Assembly (NCBI GenBank): GCA_050287845.1
Contig: JBNKCR010000098.1
Coordinates: 256,001-320,000, forward strand
Length of the DNA: 64,000 nt
Direction of reading: 5' to 3'
Source: Polyangia bacterium
GTDB taxonomy: Bacteria; Myxococcota_A; Polyangia; JAAYKL01
Shown: positions 19,487-30,236 of the stretch, piece by piece
Numbering within the stretch: position 1 is the stretch's first letter
Layout of the letters: every line of letters starts with the position of its first letter
Translations under genes and position numbers: made by a program
Notes under the pieces: generated by a model
Told to the model about the DNA's origin: nothing
The model's database searches: none
What the model saw: the letters and a program-made list of their open reading frames with translations, nothing else

Positions 19487-22400
19487 GTCGTTACGACATC
19501 GCTGTTGTTGGTATGGGGTGTATTGTTCCCAATGCAAACAATTTACAGCAGTACTGGGAAAATATCGTCAGCGGAGATATGTATTTCAAGGATATGCCCA
19601 AATCCCTCTGGCATTTGAAAAATTTCTATTCTGAAGACAAAACCGTTCCTGAAAAATCCTATACGATAAAGGGTGCCTTCATCGATAACTTTGACTTTCC
19701 CGCGCTCAAATACAAGATGCCGCCTGCCAATCTGCGCGGTATTGATCCGGCACAGCTGATGACTGTGGTTGCGACGGAAGAAGCGCTCGAGGATGCGGGA
19801 ATTCCGTTCCGGGATGAATCTCTAACCGAAGGAATCACCATTATCGGAGCCAGTGGCGTGGATGGATTCGCCCATTCCGCAGCGTTTCTGAAACGGCATA
19901 CGTTTCTGAAATTCATGAAACCCGTGCTCGATAGCCACGGTGTAGATGAAGAGACATATCAGAAGCTGTATGAGCAGATGACCCGGGAGCTGGATGAACG
20001 GGGACACATCTGGAATTCATCGGTGGCGGCAGTGGGAGCGATTCCGTCGTCCATTTCTAACCGGGTGGCGCAGATTTTCGGATTGCGCGGCATGAATATG
20101 ACCGTTGACGGCGCCTGTGCATCGTCCTTTGTCGCCATTGATGCAGCGTGTCATGCGCTGATGGCCGGAGACGCCAATGTCGCAGTGGCCGGCGGAACGG
20201 ACCTCGGTACCAATCCGCCAATATATGTCGGTTTCAGCGCCGTCAACGGATTGAGTACCAGGGGCATTGCCAATCCGTTTGATCACAGTGCCGACGGTCT
20301 GGTTATCGGCGAAGGGACGGCCATTGTAGTGCTGAAACGCCTGGAAGACGCGTTGAAAAATGGAGACCGGATTCGCGCGGTTATCCGGGGAATCGGTTCT
20401 TCCAGCGATGGGGCTGGTCAGGCCATATATAATCCATCGGTGCAGGGAAGGGCCAGAGCGCTGGAAAATGCGTTGAAAAACGCTGAGACCGACCGAAATG
20501 AAATTCAGTTCATCGAAGCCCATGCGACCTCTACCGTAGTGGGGGACGCCAATGAATACGACGCCATTTCAACGGTGTACGGCAAACGGACCAATCCGCA
20601 GCCCATCAAGCTGGGAAGTGTGAAGCAACAGATAGGTCACCTGAAAGCGGCAGCCGGTGTGGTGGGAATGGTGAAAACTGTACTTGCGATGGACAATGGT
20701 CTGTACCCGCATATGCCCCGATTCGAAAAGTTGACCCCCTTGGCCAACCTGGTGACAGATTGTCTCGAAGTGCCAACCGAACTGACAGAGTGGACCCTAA
20801 ACCCCGATGGGAAACGGGTGGCTGCAGTGACCTCGTCCGGTTTTGGTGGGGTCAATTATCATATGATTCTGGAACAGGGAGAGTCGTACGATGTACCGCC
20901 GCCCCGTGTGGTGCCGGACAGACGTCTGGCAGTGGTGGGTATCGCCTGTCGGACCGCGGGTGCCGACAATCCCGAAACATTCTGGAACAACATCACAGAA
21001 GGCAAAGATACCTTTTCCAGGGTGACTGAACCGGAAAAATTCGGTTGGGAAAACCATTTCAACAAGGGGCCGGACAACGAAAAAATCAACACATACGTGG
21101 TTTCGGAGCTGGACGATTACGACGCCAATCTGTTGAAACACAAGATTTTTCCCAAAGCGGTTTCACAGATTTCACCAACCCAGCTGCTGGCACTCGACAC
21201 CTGCGACAGGCTTCTCGAACAGTATGGATTTGACTACAGTGAACCCAAAAACATTGGCCTCAGTTTTGGATCCATGCATGACGACTATTATCCGACCATT
21301 TTTTATCCGATGCTGCCGGATGAATATACGGACGCCATTCACTGCACGGAAGTATCGAAATCCATGGACGCCAACGTTCTCGCGGAAGCCTGTGCGGTGG
21401 CATCAGCAAAGATAAAAGAGAAGTATCCGCCAGTGACCGAACATACATTGCCCGGGTGGATGACCAACATCACCGCCGGCCGGGTTGCCAACAAACTGAA
21501 CTGCCACGGTCCGAACTTCACGGTTGACTCCGCGTGTTCCTCCGGGATGGCGGCACTGGTTCCCGCCATGTACCAGCTGATGTTTGGCAACGTGGAACTG
21601 ATGATTGCCGGTGGTCTCAATCGGCAGTTCAGCGATACGTTCACCTCCGGAGTGTGTGCTCTGGGCGCAGTGGCTCAGGAGGTCTCACGACCTTTTGATG
21701 AGGACGGCAGAGGATATCTGATTGGAGAAGGCGCAGTGCTTTTCCTGTTGAAGCGATATGCGGATGCGAAACAGAATGGCGACAATATTCAGGGAGTCAT
21801 CCATGCGGTTGGTGGTTCGTCTGAAGCCGACAGTCGGTCGATGGTGGCCCCGACGCAACAGTCTCTGGAGCGCGCCATTCGCAACGCTATCCGGCAGTCC
21901 GATATCAATCCCGAGGCGGTGGGGGTGTCTGAAACCCATGGCTCGGCCAACCGACTCTCAGATATTGTTGAAGCCAGTGCCCTGGCGGCGGGCCTCCGGC
22001 CCAACGGCCCCACTGGGATGCCAGTGAAGATCACCGCGATAAAATCTCATGTGGGACATCTGTATGGGGGCAGTGCACCGGCGTCGATTCTCAGCACGCT
22101 TCTGTCACTGCGGCACCGGGTGGTTCCCGGCATCCGAAATCTGAAAACAATACGAAAAGAGATTGCGCCCATGGCCGATCTCGTAACACCCGTGAAACAG
22201 ACCGAGGCTCTTTCCGACGCGTGCGTGGCGGGTGCGGTGAGCACCCTGGGGTTAGGCGGAGCCAATTATTTTACATTATTGACCGGAGGCGACATGGACG
22301 CACAGACTAAAAAGACAACAACGACAAACCCGGGCGGCGTAAGTGCGAGACGCCCAATGACCCGTGCCACAGATCAGGGCGTTGATGACATTTTTATCTG

Positions 22401-25400
22401 TCTGGCGGAATCCCGTTCGGATTTCAGAGGGGCGGTCAGTCGCGCGCTTCAGCAGGACGCCATTCCCCATGTGATTTCCGAAGGGGCTGAGGTGAACGAA
22501 CGGATGACTGTCACCTTTGATTCAGAGAATACGCTGAAGAACAAGCTCAACAGCGTGCTTAAAATGCTGGACAGCGGCCATTCTCTGACGCCGCTGGAAT
22601 CTCAGGGGGTGTTTGTCTCCAGCGTGAAGGAGAACGAAAGCCGGCTCGCATTCTGTTTGCCGGGGCAGGGCGTGCACTACATTTCGATGGGTCGGTTCCT
22701 GTACGACACGGAGCCAGTTTTCCGTGAGGTGGTGGATGATGTGCACGAAGCGGCCATGGCGGAGTTCTCGTTTGACCTGCTGGGTCACATCTATGGCGAC
22801 GAAGACGATGCACAGATCAAAAAAAATCTGGGCACCCTGGTGGGGGCGCAGACCTCGCTGTATGCCATCGAAGTGGCGTTGGCCAGACTGCTCATTTCAC
22901 GCGGCATTGTGCCGGATGTGATGATTGGTCACAGCTTCGGTGAAATTTCGGCATTGACCATTGCAGGCGCATGGACCGTGGCAGATGGGTACAAAGCGGT
23001 GGTTGGTCGAATCAAGGCAGCTGAAATTGTTCGGGACGCAGGCGGTCCAGCCCTGGGAATGGCCAGCGTGGTGTGCTCTGACGACCAGATTGCCGCGTTG
23101 CTCAAGGTGGGTGGTGAGAATGTATTGCTGACCAATGTCAATGCGCCGGGTCGGTTTATTCTGGGTGGGGTGAAGGAAGATGTGAAACGCTGCGTCGAGC
23201 TGGCGGAATCGTTTGGTGTCGATGCCCAGCTCCTTCCCATTGGCAGCGCGTTCCATTCAAAGTATATGGAGCCGGCCAGGGAGCCATTTAAGAAGTGGTT
23301 GAAAAAAATTCCATGCAGCACGCCGACCATTCCGATTCTTTCAACGGTCACCGGTGAGTATATCGATGTCGAAAAATGCAATGCGGAGTATCTGGCCACC
23401 CATCTGTCGAATCAGCTGATTACCAAATTGGATTTGCCAAGAGAAATCAACCGTCTGTACAGCGAGGGGGTGAAGCATTATCTGGAAGTGGGCCCCCGAT
23501 GGGCCATGACCAGAATGGTCGACGCCATCCTGGCGGGCAGAGAGTATCGCGCGGTGCCCACCCTGCATCCCAAAGTGGGGGATGTGGAGATGTACCGCCG
23601 GGCCAGGGCGTTCCTCATTGCGACCGGTCATATGGTGTCCGCTGCGGAGCGCGCCGATGTCCCCGGGATGTTCTCCCCGGATTTCCTCGAGTATATGCAG
23701 CAGAATGAGCCCGCCGTACTGGCATTGCTAGAAGAGGTGTACAACCGCTACCACAACAGTCTGGGAGCCGGAGGTGTTGTGAAAGCAGCGCCGTCTGCGC
23801 CATCCCGGAAAGCGGCGCTGAAGGTTGTGGCGCCGGTGGCGGACAATGCGGCTCCTGTATCAGCGCCCCAGTCAGCTTCTGAACAGGTACAGGTGGCAGC
23901 TGCATTTTCGAATTCGGTTTCTGTTGGCGCAAGCGCCGATTTGAACACCTGGAAGACCCGTCTGCGGGAAAAACTGGTGGTAACCACCGGGTATCCGGCG
24001 GAAATGCTCGAAGACGATTTGGATCTGGAAGCCGACCTGGGGGTGGATTCGGTGCAGCGGGCGGAGATATGGGTATCGCTGACTACGGAATACGGACTGA
24101 GTCAGGATGTTCGTCCCGAAGGTGCCCGGACTATTTCCAACCTGGGACAGACCCTCGCAAAAATGGATGTGGACGCCCACGGCAGTGCGGCTGCTGTGGT
24201 TGCCCCGGCGCCAGCACCTGCTGTTTCAGAAGTGGTCAATGCGCCAGCTTCCCCGGTTGCTTCATCCGGTACCAGCGCTGATTTGAATACCTGGAAGACC
24301 CGTCTGCGGGAAAAACTGGTGGTAACCACCGGGTATCCGGCGGAAATGCTCGAAGACGATTTGGATCTGGAAGCCGACCTGGGGGTGGATTCGGTGCAGC
24401 GGGCAGAAATATGGGTATCGCTGGTGACGGAATACGGGCTGAACCAGGATGTTCGCCCCGAAGGCGCCCGGACAATCTCCAACCTGGGACAGACCCTTGC
24501 AAAAATGGATTTGGATTCCCACGGTGGTGTAGTCGCTGCGGTATCGTCGGCCCCCGTCGCTGGGGTGGCCACAACTCCGGCGGTAAGCGAAGCGGCGCCG
24601 GTCCCTGCATCTGCTTCGCCATCCGGAGCCGTGGCGGGCGGCAATGTGGAATCGTGGAAAAGCCGCCTGCGGGAGAAACTGGTGGTGACCACCGGATATC
24701 CGGCGGAGATGCTTGAAGATGATTTGGATTTGGAAGCCGACTTGGGGGTGGATTCTGTACAACGGGCGGAAATCTGGGTTTCTCTGGTGACTGAACATGG
24801 CTTGAATCAGGATGTGCGTCCGGAAGGTGCGAGAACTATTTCGAATCTGGCGGCAACCCTTACTCAGATGGAGGCCGACGCCCACGGTGGTGGCCGGGCA
24901 TCAGCTGGTTCGTCTGAACCCGTTGGGGAAACAGTGCCCGTCGCATCTCCGACGCCGGCCGTAGCGCCCGTCGCGCCATCCGCCGGTACAGGCGCAGGCG
25001 ATGTGGAATCGTGGAAGACCCGGTTGCGGGAGAAACTGGTGGTGACAACCGGGTACCCTGCGGAAATGCTGGAAGACGACCTGGATTTGGAGGCGGACCT
25101 GGGGGTGGATTCTGTACAACGGGCGGAAATCTGGGTGTCGCTGGTGACTGAGCACGCTCTGAGTCAGGATGTGCGCCCGGAAGGTGCGAGAACTATCTCG
25201 AATCTGGCAATAACTCTCGCTCAGATGGACGCCGACAAGGGGGGGGCGGCCGGAAAAAAAACTGAAGCGGAAGTGCCCATAGCTGGTGCTTCCGCTGTCA
25301 ACGAAAAATATGAACTGCCTGGCGTTGCGGCACCGGATGATGCGGATGCCTGTCATCTGTATGCCTCCGGGACCCAGTTTCTGGACAACACCAGGATGAC

Positions 25401-27723
25401 CCCGTTTGCGTGCAGCAAGGTGCTCGCGATTACCGGCGCCGATGGTGTTGCGTTGCTCGGAAGGTTGAAACGTCGATTCGCCAAGCGGAACATTGAGCTG
25501 AATTCCGTTCGGGATGCGGCTCTGATGGAGATGGACGAAAAAGGAATCGCCGTGCTCCTCGAAGATGCGGACACCGTTTTGTATGTTGCCCACGAGGGAA
25601 TGGCGCAGGTCCCCTTTGACGGCGATGCATTGCAGGGAGCGCTGACGGACAATGTCAACATGCTGTACAGCGTATTCAGAAAACTGATACCACAGCTGAC
25701 ACAGACACCCAGGCGACTGATTTTTCCGGTGACCATGGATGGCCAGTTTGGCGTCCGGGGGACGGCGGAAAATCTGTTGGGGTCGTTTCCATCCGGATTT
25801 GTGCGATGCCTCGACAAGGAGCTGGCGGAATGCATCTGCCAGCTGATTGATGCCGGAAAAATGGACTGGGCGGACGCCATTGATTTTAACATTGATGTTG
25901 TGGCACCTCAACTGGAACTGGGAATGGTGGATGGCGGGCGTGTCACCCCGGTGATGGCCCAGGTGGCACCGGCTTCCTCCCGGAAGATGCCGCTGATGGC
26001 AGGCGATGTAGTACTGGTCACCGGCGGCGCCCGGGGGATTGTGTTTGAATGTGTTTACGCACTGGCCAGATACACCGGATGCAAGCTGATACTGACCGGT
26101 CGTACCGAACTGGCAGAAGGCAATCCCGCGTGGCTGGCCACAGAACCGGAAGCCATCGACCATGTGATTCGTCAGATGGAAATTGATTTTGTGAAGAATG
26201 AGGGGATGAAACTGCCGGATGCCAAGCGCATCGGTGCCCGGTCCCGCTCTCAATGGGAGGTAGCCCGCAATTTGAAGTTGCTGGCCAACGCCGGGATTGA
26301 GGTGGTCTACGAGAAATGCGATGTGTCCAGCAAAGAGGAACTGACATCGTTGATTCGTCGGATTGGTAAGAACGAAACCATTTCGGGAATCGTGCACGGA
26401 TCGGGAATTCAGAAATCCGCCATGATTATGGATTTGCCGGATAGAAACATTGACCTCACGCTGAAAACCAAATTGACGCCGATGTTCACGTTCATCGATG
26501 AGATTGACTGGTCGTCCGTTAAACTGTTTTCCGGGTTCGGTTCCATTGCAGGACTTCTGGGAAATGCCGGACAGAGCGATTATGCACTCGGCAACGATAT
26601 GCTGGCCTGGATGGTGAAGGAGCTGATGGCTGAACATCCCCATATACAGGCACAGACGGTGGAATGGACTGCCTGGACCGGTACCGGGATGGTGAGCGAA
26701 CAGGAAGGCAAGCGTTTTAAAGAAGCGGGGCTGATTGCGCTGACTGTTGAGACCGGTGTGCCGCTGTATATGGAAGCGTTGACCGGGGTGGCTGACGGGC
26801 GGGTGGCGGCGTTCAATGCCGGTGCGGATTTTGCGGTGGGACGTTCGTTTGCGGAGTTCCCCGTCGCCGCGAGGCCCCGAACCCGTCTGGTGAAACGGGA
26901 TGCCGATACTGATAAACGGGAGATTCATTTTTCGCTGTTGACAGATACCTATATCAATCAGCATCTGGTCAATCTGGAACCGGTGATTCCCGGTACCTTT
27001 GTGACGGAGATATTTGCCGAGACGCTCCATGGTTCCAAATTGATCCCCGCTGAAATTCGGTTCCGTCGCCCTATGCAGTTGCGCGGCGACGAGCTGGATG
27101 TGGAAGTGATTCAGACCGATGACGATCAGATGATGATTGTTCCCAAAGACCGACCCGATTTGAACGCCAAAGCGTTGGCGAATCTGTCATATGCGTCGTG
27201 CCGGTTGGTGACCAGCGCACCAGTGGAAGGCGCCAAACTCAAAATAACCAAAAAAGATCTCAAGCAGCTTCAGCAGCTGAGTCTGGAAACCAGCGCCTCG
27301 TTTTATTCGATGCTCGATGAAAAGTTTTATCGGGCGCTGAAAACTGGCCCAGTGTTTCGGGGGGTGCGTGCCACCATTGAAGATGGCGATACCTTCTACA
27401 GCCTGGTCACTCTGACGACTCAGGCCCTGGCGGCCCTGGAGCAACCGGGAGAGTTTGTTTTCAACCCGGTTCTGGCAGATATGGCCGTTCAGGTAGCTGC
27501 CGCGTGGGCGATGATTCGACACAACGCCATGGAAATTCCGTTTGAAATCGGGACATTGCATGTGGCAGGCACCATCAGCTCGGAAGACGCCGTGGTCATT
27601 TGCAAAGAGATTGAAATAACCGGAGAAAAATCTACAATGGACGTGGCTGTGCGAAACCTCGATGGCAGCCTGATTATGACATTGAACGGATTGGTCCTGA
27701 AGACCATCATGACCGGAGACTGA
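19483..27723 (+). CDS. Iterative type I PKS / PUFA-synthase-like megasynthase, KS-KS-AT-(ACP)4-KR-DH
   Basis: KS1 DGACASS/EAHATST/IGHLK; KS2 DSACSSG/ETHGSA/VGHLY; AT GHSFG and SAFHS; four LEADLGVDS ACPs; KR TGGARGI and GQSDY; DH HLVNLEPVIPG and DMAVQ. Confidence 0.95.
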   Translation: MSRYDIAVVGMGCIVPNANNLQQYWENIVSGDMYFKDMPKSLWHLKNFYSEDKTVPEKSYTIKGAFIDNFDFPALKYKMPPANLRGIDPAQLMTVVATEEALEDAGIPFRDESLTEGITIIGASGVDGFAHSAAFLKRHTFLKFMKPVLDSHGVDEETYQKLYEQMTRELDERGHIWNSSVAAVGAIPSSISNRVAQIFGLRGMNMTVDGACASSFVAIDAACHALMAGDANVAVAGGTDLGTNPPIYVGFSAVNGLSTRGIANPFDHSADGLVIGEGTAIVVLKRLEDALKNGDRIRAVIRGIGSSSDGAGQAIYNPSVQGRARALENALKNAETDRNEIQFIEAHATSTVVGDANEYDAISTVYGKRTNPQPIKLGSVKQQIGHLKAAAGVVGMVKTVLAMDNGLYPHMPRFEKLTPLANLVTDCLEVPTELTEWTLNPDGKRVAAVTSSGFGGVNYHMILEQGESYDVPPPRVVPDRRLAVVGIACRTAGADNPETFWNNITEGKDTFSRVTEPEKFGWENHFNKGPDNEKINTYVVSELDDYDANLLKHKIFPKAVSQISPTQLLALDTCDRLLEQYGFDYSEPKNIGLSFGSMHDDYYPTIFYPMLPDEYTDAIHCTEVSKSMDANVLAEACAVASAKIKEKYPPVTEHTLPGWMTNITAGRVANKLNCHGPNFTVDSACSSGMAALVPAMYQLMFGNVELMIAGGLNRQFSDTFTSGVCALGAVAQEVSRPFDEDGRGYLIGEGAVLFLLKRYADAKQNGDNIQGVIHAVGGSSEADSRSMVAPTQQSLERAIRNAIRQSDINPEAVGVSETHGSANRLSDIVEASALAAGLRPNGPTGMPVKITAIKSHVGHLYGGSAPASILSTLLSLRHRVVPGIRNLKTIRKEIAPMADLVTPVKQTEALSDACVAGAVSTLGLGGANYFTLLTGGDMDAQTKKTTTTNPGGVSARRPMTRATDQGVDDIFICLAESRSDFRGAVSRALQQDAIPHVISEGAEVNERMTVTFDSENTLKNKLNSVLKMLDSGHSLTPLESQGVFVSSVKENESRLAFCLPGQGVHYISMGRFLYDTEPVFREVVDDVHEAAMAEFSFDLLGHIYGDEDDAQIKKNLGTLVGAQTSLYAIEVALARLLISRGIVPDVMIGHSFGEISALTIAGAWTVADGYKAVVGRIKAAEIVRDAGGPALGMASVVCSDDQIAALLKVGGENVLLTNVNAPGRFILGGVKEDVKRCVELAESFGVDAQLLPIGSAFHSKYMEPAREPFKKWLKKIPCSTPTIPILSTVTGEYIDVEKCNAEYLATHLSNQLITKLDLPREINRLYSEGVKHYLEVGPRWAMTRMVDAILAGREYRAVPTLHPKVGDVEMYRRARAFLIATGHMVSAAERADVPGMFSPDFLEYMQQNEPAVLALLEEVYNRYHNSLGAGGVVKAAPSAPSRKAALKVVAPVADNAAPVSAPQSASEQVQVAAAFSNSVSVGASADLNTWKTRLREKLVVTTGYPAEMLEDDLDLEADLGVDSVQRAEIWVSLTTEYGLSQDVRPEGARTISNLGQTLAKMDVDAHGSAAAVVAPAPAPAVSEVVNAPASPVASSGTSADLNTWKTRLREKLVVTTGYPAEMLEDDLDLEADLGVDSVQRAEIWVSLVTEYGLNQDVRPEGARTISNLGQTLAKMDLDSHGGVVAAVSSAPVAGVATTPAVSEAAPVPASASPSGAVAGGNVESWKSRLREKLVVTTGYPAEMLEDDLDLEADLGVDSVQRAEIWVSLVTEHGLNQDVRPEGARTISNLAATLTQMEADAHGGGRASAGSSEPVGETVPVASPTPAVAPVAPSAGTGAGDVESWKTRLREKLVVTTGYPAEMLEDDLDLEADLGVDSVQRAEIWVSLVTEHALSQDVRPEGARTISNLAITLAQMDADKGGAAGKKTEAEVPIAGASAVNEKYELPGVAAPDDADACHLYASGTQFLDNTRMTPFACSKVLAITGADGVALLGRLKRRFAKRNIELNSVRDAALMEMDEKGIAVLLEDADTVLYVAHEGMAQVPFDGDALQGALTDNVNMLYSVFRKLIPQLTQTPRRLIFPVTMDGQFGVRGTAENLLGSFPSGFVRCLDKELAECICQLIDAGKMDWADAIDFNIDVVAPQLELGMVDGGRVTPVMAQVAPASSRKMPLMAGDVVLVTGGARGIVFECVYALARYTGCKLILTGRTELAEGNPAWLATEPEAIDHVIRQMEIDFVKNEGMKLPDAKRIGARSRSQWEVARNLKLLANAGIEVVYEKCDVSSKEELTSLIRRIGKNETISGIVHGSGIQKSAMIMDLPDRNIDLTLKTKLTPMFTFIDEIDWSSVKLFSGFGSIAGLLGNAGQSDYALGNDMLAWMVKELMAEHPHIQAQTVEWTAWTGTGMVSEQEGKRFKEAGLIALTVETGVPLYMEALTGVADGRVAAFNAGADFAVGRSFAEFPVAARPRTRLVKRDADTDKREIHFSLLTDTYINQHLVNLEPVIPGTFVTEIFAETLHGSKLIPAEIRFRRPMQLRGDELDVEVIQTDDDQMMIVPKDRPDLNAKALANLSYASCRLVTSAPVEGAKLKITKKDLKQLQQLSLETSASFYSMLDEKFYRALKTGPVFRGVRATIEDGDTFYSLVTLTTQALAALEQPGEFVFNPVLADMAVQVAAAWAMIRHNAMEIPFEIGTLHVAGTISSEDAVVICKEIEITGEKSTMDVAVRNLDGSLIMTLNGLVLKTIMTGD
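23941..25230 (+). repeat. Four tandem near-identical ACP-coding repeats (about 225 bp each) separated by Ala/Pro/Ser/Val linkers
   Basis: Copies start near 23941, 24283, 24646 and 25003; each encodes RLREKLVVTTGYPAEMLEDDLDLEADLGVDSVQRAEIW. Confidence 0.95.
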
Positions 27724-27724
27724 T

Positions 27725-30232
27725 ATGTCAGATTCACTGGGGGTATCTGTGCCTCAAAGCGTCGATGTGGCGGTAATCGGCGCAGGCCTTGGCGGTCTTG
27801 TCTGTGCGGTGGAACTGGCTCGACAGGGGCTGGATGTCTGTATTTTTGAGAAGGAAGTGGTACCGGGCGGGTATGCGCAGGCATTTCGGCGAAAAGGATT
27901 TCACTTTGATATGTCCCTGCATCATATCGGGGGATTCAAGCCGGGGGCACTTACCCATGGCGTGCTGGAAAGTATCGGCGTTCTGCAAAAGCTGCAACTG
28001 GTTCCACTGAATAATCTGTTTCGCGCGGAGTTTCCCGACTACAGCATCACACTGCCCAACGATACAGAACGGATTCTCGGGGCGCTCTCGAAAGCCTTTC
28101 CTGAAGAGGCCGATGGGATTCAAGCGCTGTTTGAGTTTTTGCCGCGGCTCAAAGCAGATGTGATTGCACCGACCATGGATCCGTATTTCAATATTCCGGT
28201 CCACGACCGTGTGAGCACGGATTTTGTTGAGAGGACATATCTTCAGTTGCTGCAGCAGTATGTCAGTGACCCTCGACTGTTGGCGGTTCTGGGCCAGATG
28301 TGGTCATATATCGGCATACCCCCCAGTCAGTCGTCTGCAAATTTTTCGGCATGTGTCAATGTGAGCGCGTTCATGGAAAAGGAGTGGGGTATCGTTGGAG
28401 GCGGGGCGGCGCTGGTCCGGGATGTACTCGAACGGCTCCGGGATTTGGGGGGAGAATGCCATGTCTCTACAGCCGTAACCGAGGTGGTGGTGGAAAACGG
28501 TCAGGCGATCGGTGTTCGACTGGAGGATGGTCGGACGGTGCGCGCGCGCATCGTGATTTCCGGGGCCAGCCCGGCCTACACCTTTGAACATCTGGTGGCG
28601 ACAGATGCGGTTTCCGAAATTTACAGATATCGACTGCGTCAGATGACGCCATCCTTGTCGATGTACGCCACCTATATCGGCCTTAATTGTCCGACCGAGC
28701 GCCTTGGAATTCCCCGGGACAATTTCTTTTTCAATCACGGATATGATCTGGATATGGCGTTTGAGCGGGTGCTGAAGCATGAAATCGATAGAACCGATTA
28801 CAGCTGCTGTAATGCCACGGCCATGAAAGCTTCGGTCGCTCCGGCCGGTTGTTCCATCATTGCATTTGCGGAACCGACACCGGCGTTTGACTGGCTGGAA
28901 ATTTCCGAATCAGCGTATCTGAAGAGGAAGCGGGATGTTCTCGATACGCTTCTCGATAAATATGAGCTCAGAATTCCCGGTCTGAAGAAGAACATAGAGG
29001 TGGTAGAATTGGTCACACCTCGTGGGATGGCCCAGCTCACCAACAATCATGAAGGCGCAATATATGGATTTGCCCAAACCCTGGAGCAGTCCAATAACAG
29101 ACGGTTGCGCAATCGCACTCCAATCACCGGTCTGTTTCTCACCGGAGCGTGGACCTGGGCAGGTGGCGGGTATGAAGGTGCAATGACCAGCGGCATACAA
29201 ACCGCCCGTACCGTCATGCAGGAATACCGGTTTCCATATCTGGCAACACCGCCCAGATTGCATTTGGACAGTGAAGCCCAGCATCCCGCAGCGGATGGTA
29301 TCACCAGCGATGGACTGGTGCCGCTGATTCCATTTGATGATAAAGTCTCTCTCGATTCTCACTACAAGTACAAGTTCGGCGTTATGGTGTACGGTGACGA
29401 ATTGAATTCAAGAGGAAACGCCGATGTGAGTTCATATCTTCGATATCTGGATCGCGCCAGGATGGAAGCCATTGAGGAGATTTGCGGCGGTGGGAATGAA
29501 TCATGGCACAAGGAATATCAAATCAAGGTGTATCGCATTGAAGCCCGATGTGCGACAGTGACGAGGCTGGCGGATAAACTGGAGGTTCGTACCGGTGCGC
29601 GTCGAATCTCCGGGCATCGGGCATCGTTCGATCAGCGGATTATCAATACACGGACAGGGCGGGTGTTGTGCGACGCGGCAGTGGAAGTACTGTTTCTGGA
29701 CGCACAGGATAACTTTGTGCCGATTCCCGAGGGGCTTGTAAACACCGACGATGCCGTGCCGGATTTTAAGAAGGACCGGCATGAGCCCGTGCCCTTCAAG
29801 AGCGATGAACAGTTTCCATTCCGCATGCGATTCCGGGTGTATTTTGAAGACACGGATTTGCAGGCTATTATGTTCCACGTTGCTTACGTCCGATATTGTG
29901 AACGGGCACTCTTCGATCTTGTACAGTCCATCTGGCCGGATGTCTCCACCAATGTCTGGATGTCCCGGACCAATGCCACGCTCTCCCGAATTGATATCCG
30001 CTATCTGAAACCCGCGTTGTTGGGCGAACAGCTGGAAGTTCGAACGGCGTTGATAGACATGGATGCGCGAAAAATTTCATTTGGGCAGCGGATTGTGAAA
30101 AACGAGACAGGCGAAGTGCTGGCTGATGTGATTACAGATGTGGAGTTCCGGGACGCGCAGGGAAATCATTTTCCCGTGCCAAAGCAGATAGCGGATATTG
30201 CCCGGGGCCAGCTGGCCCAGATGGAGCGCTAG
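27725..30232 (+). CDS. Phytoene desaturase/CrtI-like FAD oxidoreductase fused to two hotdog-fold (YbgC/4HBT-like) thioesterase domains
   Basis: IGAGLGG..FEK..PGGY, TP..GAIYG, GLFLTGAW...GGGY; then SYLRYLDRAR and RVYFEDTD..YVRYCERA domains. Confidence 0.85.
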   Translation: MSDSLGVSVPQSVDVAVIGAGLGGLVCAVELARQGLDVCIFEKEVVPGGYAQAFRRKGFHFDMSLHHIGGFKPGALTHGVLESIGVLQKLQLVPLNNLFRAEFPDYSITLPNDTERILGALSKAFPEEADGIQALFEFLPRLKADVIAPTMDPYFNIPVHDRVSTDFVERTYLQLLQQYVSDPRLLAVLGQMWSYIGIPPSQSSANFSACVNVSAFMEKEWGIVGGGAALVRDVLERLRDLGGECHVSTAVTEVVVENGQAIGVRLEDGRTVRARIVISGASPAYTFEHLVATDAVSEIYRYRLRQMTPSLSMYATYIGLNCPTERLGIPRDNFFFNHGYDLDMAFERVLKHEIDRTDYSCCNATAMKASVAPAGCSIIAFAEPTPAFDWLEISESAYLKRKRDVLDTLLDKYELRIPGLKKNIEVVELVTPRGMAQLTNNHEGAIYGFAQTLEQSNNRRLRNRTPITGLFLTGAWTWAGGGYEGAMTSGIQTARTVMQEYRFPYLATPPRLHLDSEAQHPAADGITSDGLVPLIPFDDKVSLDSHYKYKFGVMVYGDELNSRGNADVSSYLRYLDRARMEAIEEICGGGNESWHKEYQIKVYRIEARCATVTRLADKLEVRTGARRISGHRASFDQRIINTRTGRVLCDAAVEVLFLDAQDNFVPIPEGLVNTDDAVPDFKKDRHEPVPFKSDEQFPFRMRFRVYFEDTDLQAIMFHVAYVRYCERALFDLVQSIWPDVSTNVWMSRTNATLSRIDIRYLKPALLGEQLEVRTALIDMDARKISFGQRIVKNETGEVLADVITDVEFRDAQGNHFPVPKQIADIARGQLAQMER

Positions 30233-30236
30233 ATCG

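Noticed and set aside
23941..25230. Possible CRISPR or mobile-element repeats
   Set aside because: In-frame ACP-coding repeats, far too long for CRISPR; no cas genes
24901..27030. 709-aa minus-strand ORF
   Set aside because: Antisense shadow of the PKS KR/DH region; no recognisable motifs
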